DNA of 37,395 nucleotides from a virus (taxonomy: Duplodnaviria; Caudoviricetes), in IMG/VR virus record IMGVR_UViG_3300008253_000002, positions 1-37,395 of that record; one strand, 5' to 3'. The notes under the pieces were generated by a model. It saw only the letters and a list, made by a program, of their open reading frames with translations, ran no database searches and was not told the DNA's origin. A program made the translations under genes and the position numbers. Every line of letters starts with the position of its first letter. Positions within the stretch are counted from its first letter, which is position 1. Shown piece by piece: positions 1 to 8,804 of the stretch.

Positions 1-87
1 GAGAATGGGTTTTTGCACTGTGATTTTAAAGGTGATGAGAAAGTGTTTTTCTTATCAGATAGTAACTCAAATTGGAAAAGGCAGTAA
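1..87 (+). CDS. 3' end of a truncated upstream gene, possibly an M15-type peptidase/endolysin
   Basis: Frame 1 reads ENGFLHCDFKGDEKVFFLSDSNSNWKRQ*; FLHCD resembles the C-terminal F-I-H-V-D motif of M15 peptidases, but only 28 codons are visible. Confidence 0.35.
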   Translation, partial: ENGFLHCDFKGDEKVFFLSDSNSNWKRQ

Positions 88-93
88 AAACTC

Positions 94-1095
94 ATGGCTC
101 AAACTAACGAACTCAATCTAGGCACAGATAACGCGAGTGGGCTACTGAACTATACTCAGCCCACCGATATTAAACCACTACCAGCACTTGGGAACGTATC
201 AACCTCCCAGACTGTTCAAGGTCAGCTAGGTAACATCACAGCTACTAACGATCAGGGTGTGTACACGAACCCTTTAATGACGCGGGCAACCACACGGGCA
301 AATCAAGCGGCAAACAAACGCGGCTTGCTCAACACCAGCATGGCGAACCAAGCGGGGCAAGAGGCAGTGTTATCTGCCGCGTTGCCAATAGCACAGGCAG
401 ATGCAAAGGCATACCAGACACAGGGTCTTGCTAATCAAAATGCCATGAATACATTTGGTACTGCGTCACAGGCTCAAGGTTTTAAGACTGACTCAGCAGA
501 CCAAGCATACGCCCAACAAATGGGTACTGGTGACTACGCATCCGAGATAGTTGACTCAACAGGTACAGTTACAACACCCGCTGGGACTGTTGGTGGTGGC
601 GGTCTTCTACAATCTAAAGCAGACATAGACGCTACAGCTAGGGATCAGCTTTATGAGCAAACTGTAGGTACTGGGGACTATGCGGCTGAGATAACTGATC
701 CATCAACAAATGAAGTTATACAAGCCGCTGGTAGTGTAGGCGGTGGTGGCACAATAACAGCTAAGAACGATGCTCTCATGAAAACTCAAGATGATGTTCA
801 GTTACATGACACCGTGATGAAAGGGTTAGATGAGACCATGCGGGGCAACTTGTTAACGCTTGAGTCAAACTTCAATTCGTTAGCACAGACTTCACGATCT
901 GCATCCACTATCTATTCATCATTCTTAACATCTTTAGTAGCTATCCAACAGGATGCTACGTTGACGAAAGAGTCAAAGGAACTAGCTATTGATGGTGTAT
1001 GGACAAAAGCAGAAGATGCCATTGATGTTCTATTAGCATTTGACTCTGCGGCACTAGGTGTTCAACAGCAAGTATCTGACTTACAAACTGTTTAA
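94..1095 (+). CDS. Probable virion structural/internal protein, 333 aa
   Basis: A/Q/T/G-rich, no Cys; RGLLNTSMA...AALPIAQADA segment resembles podophage internal proteins; internal duplication GTGDYA(S/A)EI...AG(T/S)VGGGG. Confidence 0.65.
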   Translation: MAQTNELNLGTDNASGLLNYTQPTDIKPLPALGNVSTSQTVQGQLGNITATNDQGVYTNPLMTRATTRANQAANKRGLLNTSMANQAGQEAVLSAALPIAQADAKAYQTQGLANQNAMNTFGTASQAQGFKTDSADQAYAQQMGTGDYASEIVDSTGTVTTPAGTVGGGGLLQSKADIDATARDQLYEQTVGTGDYAAEITDPSTNEVIQAAGSVGGGGTITAKNDALMKTQDDVQLHDTVMKGLDETMRGNLLTLESNFNSLAQTSRSASTIYSSFLTSLVAIQQDATLTKESKELAIDGVWTKAEDAIDVLLAFDSAALGVQQQVSDLQTV

Positions 1096-1105
1096 GGTTT
1101 AATAC

Positions 1106-4100
1106 ATGGCACAGTATACCCATAGTAACGGCACTTCCGTAGACATATCTGCTGACCAGATACGAGAGTATGTTGCGGCTATTTTAGCCGACACCAGCAT
1201 CTCAGACTCCGAGAAAGATAACGCTATCAAGGAAGGTGCAGACACTTATGGTGTGCCGATAACTGACGTTGTAAATGCGATTGCAGAGACTTATGCACCA
1301 GAGGCTCAGACAAAAGAAGAGGTTATAGACGTAGCTGAAGAGTTCTTTGGGGGTCTTTATGAAGAGGATGCGTTTGATAGTATTGAAGTACCTTATGTTG
1401 TAAAAAATAAGCAGAACCAAGAAGAGTTCCAAGCAAAGGTAGATTCTCTTGATTTATCGGCAGTGGATATAAGTAGTTTAGATTTAAAAGACCCCACTGG
1501 TCTATCCAACCCTGATGGGACAACCTCAGTTACTTCTATAACGGATGCGGTTGGTTTGGCTGAAGACCAAACAAACACTGGGCTAATATCATCCGCTTTA
1601 GAGGACTTGAATGTTGTTACTGCTGGTTCTGGTAACTCTGCTAGTGGGGCAGACACACATCAGATTGGAACGAGTGGGTTTAATTTTGAGGACGATACAC
1701 AAGTTACCAAATCTACAGAGCCTGAAGGATTAAGCCTGTTATCCTCCCACACTTGGAGTGGTAGTGATAATTGGCTAGGGTCTACCACTTATAGTGGTGA
1801 CTGGTATATCAATGGTGGGTTCGACCCTAGTAGCGGTTGGGAGATTGATTGGGGGATTGGTGTTAATGCGAATACTTCTTTTGGGGAGCAATTAACTTTA
1901 CCTACACAGAGACCACAATCCTTTACCGCTAATGTTAATGAAAATGTTTGGGAGAGTGATGAGGATTATGCAGACTTTTGGAAGGATGTCGACCTAGAAA
2001 CTGGTGAGTACAAGGGGACTGATGCCAGATGGGAGTCAGAAGAGTTTCAAGAGTTCTGGGGGGATGTGGATTTAGAATACGGTATGTACACGGGTCACGA
2101 CCTGAAGTGGCTTGCGGGTAACTCTGCTGATGGTGGCTATTCATGGAATCAAGTTGTGGAGTATGTCCAATGGTCACAGGATAAAGGGGCGAGTCCAACT
2201 GACATACTAACTGGTCTAGAGACTAGTATAGATGGGGTTTCAGAAACCGAGGGGGAACTCCCAGCCCATTCCATAGTTGCGGCACTTTACGGTCTCCCAG
2301 AAAATGATAAAGCGTCTGTTGACGCTTTTATGACTAGTAACGCCAAGTTCTGGGGTAACTATGACAAGGGGAAAGGTACATTCAGTAAACTAGGGACTGA
2401 TCTGTACGGCACACCTTTGATCACATTCAACTATGACATTAACGCTACAGCAGATGTTTTTGGGAATAAATATACATACACGAACCCTGACGGTAGCCTC
2501 TTCTCTGGGCTTCTCCCAAAAGATGGTCGGGTGATATATAAGGGTAATATTCAGTACCTCCCAAATACAACAGTAAACACAACGGCTTGGGCTACATATT
2601 CAAATGGAGTTTACGTCCCCGCTGGGACAGTAACGGGAACCTCGTTAGACCCTAACTACCTTTCCACATATCTTAGCTTCACTACAGGGGAGAAAGTTGC
2701 CCTATTGAAAGGTGGTTCTGTTGAACCATGGCATGAGAATATAAGCCAGTTTGTGGCTAACTCTTCCGCTGGGCTGGGCGGTCAGCGTTACGGTTACGAT
2801 GGTATGACCTTATCTTTGGGTGAGTATATTTCGGCACAACAGGATGTTGGGTACTCCACTGATCAGATTGTAGCTACGTTGGGTCGATCTGGGGTTAGCA
2901 CTCAAGCAGTCGGAGAATACTACGGTATTGAAACCTCAGAGGTCTCTAATTTCTTAACTGGCAACGCAGAGTTCTGGGGTAGATACGACAAAGAGACTAA
3001 CACCCTTGACTACTCAGGAGATAGTGAGGGTTACGCCCCGAATCTAGGCGGTCTTAACGAGAATTATGAATTAACGGGTGGGTTAGTCACGAACTTTGAT
3101 GGTCAACCCTTCTCTGGGATTCTCCCCAATGGTCAAGTTGTCTCCAACGGGCTATTTAAAAACTTAGATTCTACCTTCTCCCCTCTTTTAGAATACCCAC
3201 CAGACCTCTCTGCCGACCTAGCCTCCAACATCGTAGGTGGATTCAGCCTAGTCCTCAACGATGGAAAAATAAACCCATCGGTATTAAACAGTGAGGGGTA
3301 CTTAAATGAAGCGGGGCAAAGACTCGTATCTGACACAATAGATTCGTTACAGAAGTCGGGTGATTGGACAACGGAGACTCTTCTAGAAGCCGCTACCGAG
3401 ATTGGTTTTACCAACGACATCCTTGCAGATATGTACCACATAAAGTCCTCTGAGTTGGAGAACTTCCTAACAGAGAACGCTACGTTTTGGAACTCTTACG
3501 ATAGTGCCACTGGGGAACTTAAATATGACTCTGTCGAGGTCAGTAAATACCTTCCTCCTTTAACAGGTCTTGACCCAGAAACAGGCAATGCCATTGATGG
3601 TGAGTTGGTCAGGTACAGTCATGTGGATGAGGGGTTTGAAGAAGAGAAACCATTCACAGGGGTACTGCCTAGCGGGGATGTCTATAACAAAGGTGTGTGG
3701 GTTGCTAAAGAAAATAACCTTATACCCAGTAATGCCCTTACTAATTTTATAACTAACAAAGTCTACGGAGTTAACGTATTAGCTAGTTTAGTGGAGGTCG
3801 GGTACGACCTCGTTTACACTAATGCCGACCTAACACTGGGCAATGTTGGGGAGATCACTGAGGCTAGTAACCTAATTAAGAATTTCGTTAACTCTGCGAC
3901 TGTAACAGAACCCCTAGCTGACTTAGCCGTTAGGGCTAGTCTGGGGGCAAGCATGGGAGAGGTAGTCCAGACGTTCTTATTCCAAGGAATGGACGGGGTT
4001 ATTGATACCGCAAGTGGGTGGATGGACGAGGTATCAGGCAATTCTATTATAGAGACTCTAAGTACTCTAGCTACTCAGGTCACTGGTCTGCCAGTGGATG

Positions 4101-5992
4101 CCGCGCTATCTTCAATAGTCGGGTATCTACAATCAGACACCCACACTACAAATCCATTTTCATCCCCCGTTACCGCCTTCGGTTTTGAAGCTGTAACTGC
4201 CATAGAAAACGGGTGGGCTACTAAAGAAGATATAGAGAGTGCGCTTGGGATTAGTTTGGGGAATGACCCTAGTAAATGGTCGGTTGATGGGGAAGATTTT
4301 GGACTCATGAATGAGTCTGGTGATGGTATGAGTCTTGCGTTCCTAGACTTGTTAGTCTCCCCTGCCGAGGCATCCACGGGTAATGAGATGTCATTTGCTA
4401 AAGGCGAGGCTACTGGGGGATATGTCAGTACCACAGATGGTAGGCTTGTAGAGTATACGGATGCTAGTGGCTACCCGCAAATTGGAATAGTAGTTAACGC
4501 CTATACCAGTGGCTCTGATCCTGAACTGTATAGGTTAGACGGGGACGGTACGATAATGGAATCAGTAGACCCCCATGTTACCATGGGTCGTTCAGAAGAT
4601 GGGAGTGACTATTATGTAATTCATATTGGTGATTTGACCCAGCAAAGGGATGGTGTAAGTAACATAAATGGGCTAACTGACCGAGTACTGATAACAGGGA
4701 TTGAGGGGTATACATCCCTTACCTATAACCACAGCAATCCGTTTGTTGCATTTTCAGAATCCCTCATCTCAGGATCAACACAAGACAAAAAAGACTACAT
4801 CAACCACCATGTTCAAAAGGGTACGCTAGACAGTCTTTACGCTGGCATACTAGCGTCTGAGATGACCGCTACCCAGTTGTCTGAGTTGGGACTTAAAGAT
4901 TCGGCTGGTACAGAGTTTGAAGCTGTCCAAATACAAGAGTGGTTGGATTTGAAGGCTGGGGAATCGCCAGATCCAGATATTGATATTCCAGATCCAGATA
5001 TTGATATTCCAGATCCAGATATTGATATTCCAGATCCAGATATTGATATTCCAGATCCAGATATTGATATTCCAGATCCAGACATTGATATTCCAGATCC
5101 AGACATTGATATTCCAGATCCAGACATTGATATTCCAGATCCAGACATTGATATCCCAGATCCAGACATTGATATCCCAGATCAAACCTTCGACTTCTCC
5201 CAATACATGGGGCAGATCAACGCTAGATTTGATGGTATAGACACACGGCTTGGGGGTATAGACACACGTATTGGTGGGATAAGCAATGGGGGCGGGGGTA
5301 CTACGACTATTACTACCCCAGCACCAGATTTATCGGGGGTTCTGGGTGGTATATCTGCTCTAGATTCAAGACTAACAGGTCTCACAGGTGGTACGACTTA
5401 CGGTGATGGTGGGTTTAACATATACGGGTTTGATGCGCGTGGGTATGATAGAGATGGGTACGACAAAGATGGGAAATACGACCCTGATAAGAAAACTACG
5501 GTAGAGGACTTTGCTGATGTCAGCGACATTGACATAGGTGCAAGCCTACCGACTATAAACACTGGGGAAGACCAATCTATAGATGACTCGTTGTTCTACA
5601 ACCGTGGGACAGGTATCCACGATGACAAATACTGGGTAGGCGGGTCTAACATAGCAAATATAGCAAACACCCCAACGTACAATCCCTCTATCCAAGGGTT
5701 CAACTTTGAAGAGGACGCACCTAAGCTGATAGGCAACGTAACATCACCACGCTATAGTGCTGACCCCTACGCCACACTTGACACTAACACAGATGCCTTC
5801 GATGTTGGTATCACAAGTAGGTACAATCCTACAGTTTCATCTGCAACACCAACAGCACCGAGCAACTTTATTACAACAGCCAACGCTAATAACAATGCTA
5901 AACGCTACACTATTGACGCAACAAAAGCCGCAACAGCGGGGCTAGAGGCTGAACAACGAAACGGACAGTTTAACTTTGACGAAGCGATATAG
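1106..5992 (+). CDS. Large acidic repeat-containing protein, probably virion-associated, 1628 aa
   Basis: Long ORF in the structural block; D/E/G/S/T-rich, no Cys; three internal domain repeats, (PDPDIDI)10, a heptad segment and GYDxDG repeats. Confidence 0.7.
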   Translation: MAQYTHSNGTSVDISADQIREYVAAILADTSISDSEKDNAIKEGADTYGVPITDVVNAIAETYAPEAQTKEEVIDVAEEFFGGLYEEDAFDSIEVPYVVKNKQNQEEFQAKVDSLDLSAVDISSLDLKDPTGLSNPDGTTSVTSITDAVGLAEDQTNTGLISSALEDLNVVTAGSGNSASGADTHQIGTSGFNFEDDTQVTKSTEPEGLSLLSSHTWSGSDNWLGSTTYSGDWYINGGFDPSSGWEIDWGIGVNANTSFGEQLTLPTQRPQSFTANVNENVWESDEDYADFWKDVDLETGEYKGTDARWESEEFQEFWGDVDLEYGMYTGHDLKWLAGNSADGGYSWNQVVEYVQWSQDKGASPTDILTGLETSIDGVSETEGELPAHSIVAALYGLPENDKASVDAFMTSNAKFWGNYDKGKGTFSKLGTDLYGTPLITFNYDINATADVFGNKYTYTNPDGSLFSGLLPKDGRVIYKGNIQYLPNTTVNTTAWATYSNGVYVPAGTVTGTSLDPNYLSTYLSFTTGEKVALLKGGSVEPWHENISQFVANSSAGLGGQRYGYDGMTLSLGEYISAQQDVGYSTDQIVATLGRSGVSTQAVGEYYGIETSEVSNFLTGNAEFWGRYDKETNTLDYSGDSEGYAPNLGGLNENYELTGGLVTNFDGQPFSGILPNGQVVSNGLFKNLDSTFSPLLEYPPDLSADLASNIVGGFSLVLNDGKINPSVLNSEGYLNEAGQRLVSDTIDSLQKSGDWTTETLLEAATEIGFTNDILADMYHIKSSELENFLTENATFWNSYDSATGELKYDSVEVSKYLPPLTGLDPETGNAIDGELVRYSHVDEGFEEEKPFTGVLPSGDVYNKGVWVAKENNLIPSNALTNFITNKVYGVNVLASLVEVGYDLVYTNADLTLGNVGEITEASNLIKNFVNSATVTEPLADLAVRASLGASMGEVVQTFLFQGMDGVIDTASGWMDEVSGNSIIETLSTLATQVTGLPVDAALSSIVGYLQSDTHTTNPFSSPVTAFGFEAVTAIENGWATKEDIESALGISLGNDPSKWSVDGEDFGLMNESGDGMSLAFLDLLVSPAEASTGNEMSFAKGEATGGYVSTTDGRLVEYTDASGYPQIGIVVNAYTSGSDPELYRLDGDGTIMESVDPHVTMGRSEDGSDYYVIHIGDLTQQRDGVSNINGLTDRVLITGIEGYTSLTYNHSNPFVAFSESLISGSTQDKKDYINHHVQKGTLDSLYAGILASEMTATQLSELGLKDSAGTEFEAVQIQEWLDLKAGESPDPDIDIPDPDIDIPDPDIDIPDPDIDIPDPDIDIPDPDIDIPDPDIDIPDPDIDIPDPDIDIPDPDIDIPDQTFDFSQYMGQINARFDGIDTRLGGIDTRIGGISNGGGGTTTITTPAPDLSGVLGGISALDSRLTGLTGGTTYGDGGFNIYGFDARGYDRDGYDKDGKYDPDKKTTVEDFADVSDIDIGASLPTINTGEDQSIDDSLFYNRGTGIHDDKYWVGGSNIANIANTPTYNPSIQGFNFEEDAPKLIGNVTSPRYSADPYATLDTNTDAFDVGITSRYNPTVSSATPTAPSNFITTANANNNAKRYTIDATKAATAGLEAEQRNGQFNFDEAI
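4967..5182 (+). repeat. 21-bp coding tandem repeat, 10 copies plus 6 bp (CCAGATCCAGAYATTGATATY = PDPDIDI)
   Basis: Directly visible; units start at 4967, 4988 ... 5156 with no spacers. Confidence 0.98.
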
Positions 5993-6407
5993 ACCAGCAA
6001 CATTAAAAGACTTATCAGCAGTCGTGAACATAGCGTTAACCGAGGCTGAGAAGTTCCCCGTCAGACCAGACAAGAAGAAGATTAAGCAGTTAGTCACGGA
6101 GTCAATCTCCACGAAGTCTAACTTCTGTTGGGTCTCTGAGGAAGAGGGTAAGGTGACAGGTGCTTTGGTGGCTATCTCGCATCAAGGTCTTTGGTTTGAA
6201 CGAAAACATTTATCAATTTTATTATTAACCACCACGACAAAAGGCGCGGGAGTCTCGATGCTAAGAGAGATGCTTGCGTGGGTGAGATCAAGTGGGGCGA
6301 TTAAGGTAGTCACGACAGACTTCATTGTTCCTCCACGCATGGCAGTTTTATTAACACGGCTTGGGCTGAGTCCCACAACTACACACACATTTTTTAAAGG
6401 ACAGTAA
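5976..6407 (+). CDS. GNAT-fold acetyltransferase-like protein within the ejection-protein cluster
   Basis: YRPATLKDL, WVSEEEGKVTG, KGAGVSMLREMLAWVR and LTRLGL match the GNAT strand/helix pattern; TTG start overlaps the upstream gene. Confidence 0.7.
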   Translation: MTKRYRPATLKDLSAVVNIALTEAEKFPVRPDKKKIKQLVTESISTKSNFCWVSEEEGKVTGALVAISHQGLWFERKHLSILLLTTTTKGAGVSMLREMLAWVRSSGAIKVVTTDFIVPPRMAVLLTRLGLSPTTTHTFFKGQ

Positions 6408-6409
6408 TC

Positions 6410-7396
6410 ATGGGATTTTTCGGCAAGTTATGGAAAGGGACTAAGAACATCTTTTCTGGAATCGGCAACTTTGTTAAGTCAGCTTTCAGCGGTAAGAACT
6501 GGTGGAAGACAGCACTGGTTGGAGCAACCGCCTACTTTGGTGGTGCGGCTCTTGGGTATTGGAATCCTGCTGGCACTGGTAGTATTTACGGTAAGTTCTC
6601 TGGTGCGCCTGTAACATCTGGTGACCTTGACGCTCCAGCAAGTAGTAAGGGTGGGTGGTTTGGTGCTTTATTTGGTGCTAACCGCAACGATGCCCCGCTT
6701 GAAGGGACATTTGCTCTAGAGACAGGGTTAGACGGTCAGATTGAACAGGGGCAGAACGATATGGCGGCTGAGTTTCTAGGTGGTGAGGGTTGGTCAGCAC
6801 CTAAAATACCTCTAGGGCAATCTGTCAATCGGGCAGACCCACGGCTACTACAAACAGCCCATGCGAATAATACTGTTGGTGCTAGTACATTTGGTCTTGG
6901 TGAACGACCACCTATAGCCGCTGGACAATCATTACCTCTTGAGAATCTAGCTACTGGTGGTGGTGACATAGTCAAAACTGGTCAAGGTTTATTATCTGGC
7001 GCGGCTAATCTAGGGAATAAAACCCAAGAGTATTTACTTGGTCCGAAAGGTGATAGTAAGAATTGGGGCATGGCAGGAAATCCGTGGGTTCAGTACGGAA
7101 TGTTGAACGCTGGGGCTAGTATATTTTCAGATTCCGCGGAGGAAGAGGCATATGGTAAAGCAATGGGTGAAGGCAGGGCGTTACAAAATCTTAATCAACC
7201 AGGCAATGTCTCTAGTGGTAGTAAATTCACACAACCCAGACAATCAGCAAGTGCCAGACAGACACAGGGAACTCCCAAAGATGAGGCTATTAGAATGGCA
7301 TTAGCCACCATGACACCAGAACAGCAAGCCGCTTATATGGACAAGTTATACCTTGAGGGCGCAATTACCAAATCAGAACAGACACAGTTTGCATAG
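6410..7396 (+). CDS. Probable DNA ejection/pilot protein, 328 aa
   Basis: Amphipathic N-terminus MGFFGKLWKGTKNIFSGIGNFVK, then Gly/Ala-rich hydrophobic ALVGATAYFGGAALG; no Cys; sits between the GNAT gene and the giant gene. Confidence 0.65.
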   Translation: MGFFGKLWKGTKNIFSGIGNFVKSAFSGKNWWKTALVGATAYFGGAALGYWNPAGTGSIYGKFSGAPVTSGDLDAPASSKGGWFGALFGANRNDAPLEGTFALETGLDGQIEQGQNDMAAEFLGGEGWSAPKIPLGQSVNRADPRLLQTAHANNTVGASTFGLGERPPIAAGQSLPLENLATGGGDIVKTGQGLLSGAANLGNKTQEYLLGPKGDSKNWGMAGNPWVQYGMLNAGASIFSDSAEEEAYGKAMGEGRALQNLNQPGNVSSGSKFTQPRQSASARQTQGTPKDEAIRMALATMTPEQQAAYMDKLYLEGAITKSEQTQFA

Positions 7397-7405
7397 GAGA
7401 TTAAT

Positions 7406-8128
7406 ATGCCAGAAGTAAATGGAAAGAAGTTTCCCTATGACAAGCAGGGAATTATAGCCGCTGAACAGGAGCGTGAGAGGGCACAGCCTCAACAACCCCA
7501 AGGTCAGGGTTCTCAACAACCCCAAGGTCAGGGTGAGAGTAACGCTGAGTTTGATAAGTATGTCGATAACGCAATGGAACTCCTGTATTCAGATGAGATT
7601 GCCAGCAAACTTTTAAAGTTAGGTGGTAACAATCAGGACTCTGTTGAAGGCATGGCAGACATGATTAGTATGTCAGTCATCAAGGTTGATGAGAAGAACG
7701 GAGATCAGATACCCGAAGATTTGATATTGCCCTTAACAGAGCAAGTGACTCAGATGGTTGAAGAGTTAATTGAATCGCAGACTAAGAAACCCGTCCCTGA
7801 GCAAGCAGTTATTAAAGCGAGTCAACTTGCAGTTAGGAATCTAATTGAGCATTATGGTGTAAGTGATGAACATATAGCTAATGCACTTCAAGGAATGAAC
7901 CCAGAAGAAGTTAGGTCTGCCACTAAGGATTTAGAGGCTACAATGGGACAGGGTGAACAAAGAGGTCGTGAGCAAAGAGGTCGTGAGCAAAGAGGTCGTG
8001 AGCAAAGAGGTCGTGAGCAAAGAGGTCGTGAGCAAAGACCACAGCAAGGTCAACGCCCGCAACGACCTATGCCACAGCAAGGTCAACGCCCGCAACGACC
8101 TATGCCACAGCAAGGAGGAAGAAGATGA
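7406..8128 (+). CDS. Probable internal virion protein with Q/P/R-rich repeats, 240 aa
   Basis: RBS AGGAGA upstream; helical core with disordered repeat termini; no Cys. Confidence 0.6.
   Translation: MPEVNGKKFPYDKQGIIAAEQERERAQPQQPQGQGSQQPQGQGESNAEFDKYVDNAMELLYSDEIASKLLKLGGNNQDSVEGMADMISMSVIKVDEKNGDQIPEDLILPLTEQVTQMVEELIESQTKKPVPEQAVIKASQLAVRNLIEHYGVSDEHIANALQGMNPEEVRSATKDLEATMGQGEQRGREQRGREQRGREQRGREQRGREQRPQQGQRPQRPMPQQGQRPQRPMPQQGGRR
7955..8115 (+). repeat. 15-bp repeat x5.6 (GARCAAAGAGGTCGT = EQRGR) followed by 33-bp repeat x2.3 (PQQGQRPQRPM)
   Basis: Directly visible at 7955-8038 and 8039-8115. Confidence 0.97.
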
Positions 8129-8757
8129 GTATACTAAGGAAAGCGGCAAAAGGGTTCTTTGAAGGTGCTGGAGAGTTTCAGAAGGAAGTCCTTAAAGATC
8201 AGATGGCTAATCGTGGGTGGATGCGTAGGCAGAAATACCTTGAAGGTGTTGAAGCCGCAAAATACGCCCGTAACAGAAGCGGTCAACAAGAAGATTGGGA
8301 GAATCGGGCGGATATTACGCGTAAGAGTAATCTATCAGTAAGAGCGACTAAGTTAGCTAGTACCTTACTATCTGCTGGATCGAATAAATATAAGTTCGAC
8401 AACACGGGTAATTTGCGTGGGAATGATGTTACTGCTGTAGCGCAGTTAATAGATGGGTTCATGAGAGGTAGTTATACCAACGGCAAACCTGTGCCTGAAG
8501 CCCAAGCAAGTGAATTAGCAATGAGTGTAATTACCTCTAAAATGCGTGGTGTGGACGACAAGTCACCATACCCACACATACCATCAAGCGAGGTCATAGA
8601 TCTGATTAGTGGCACTACCAAAAATCCCTCACCAAACTTGCCAGTTACCCCAGATCAGCAAGCGATGTTGGATATGGATAATGCGCCAAAAACTCCTAAG
8701 ATTGAACCACAACAAAGCAAGAATCGTACTCAAGGTAGTGGTCTTTTTGGTCTGTAA
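8125..8757 (+). CDS. Probable DNA ejection/internal virion protein, 210 aa
   Basis: ATGA overlap with the upstream gene and AGGAGG RBS; amphipathic N-terminus; no Cys; directly precedes the giant gene. Confidence 0.6.
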   Translation: MSILRKAAKGFFEGAGEFQKEVLKDQMANRGWMRRQKYLEGVEAAKYARNRSGQQEDWENRADITRKSNLSVRATKLASTLLSAGSNKYKFDNTGNLRGNDVTAVAQLIDGFMRGSYTNGKPVPEAQASELAMSVITSKMRGVDDKSPYPHIPSSEVIDLISGTTKNPSPNLPVTPDQQAMLDMDNAPKTPKIEPQQSKNRTQGSGLFGL

Positions 8758-8804
8758 TACCATAACCACTACACAACGAATTACATATATAGAGATTAAT
8801 ACTT

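Noticed and set aside
4967-5182. 21-bp repeats as a CRISPR array
   Set aside because: Head-to-tail with no spacers, in frame, and the variants are synonymous
4837-5240. Repetitive alternative-frame ORFs (SGSGISM, IWNINVW, FQIQIL)
   Set aside because: By-products of the stop-free tandem repeat
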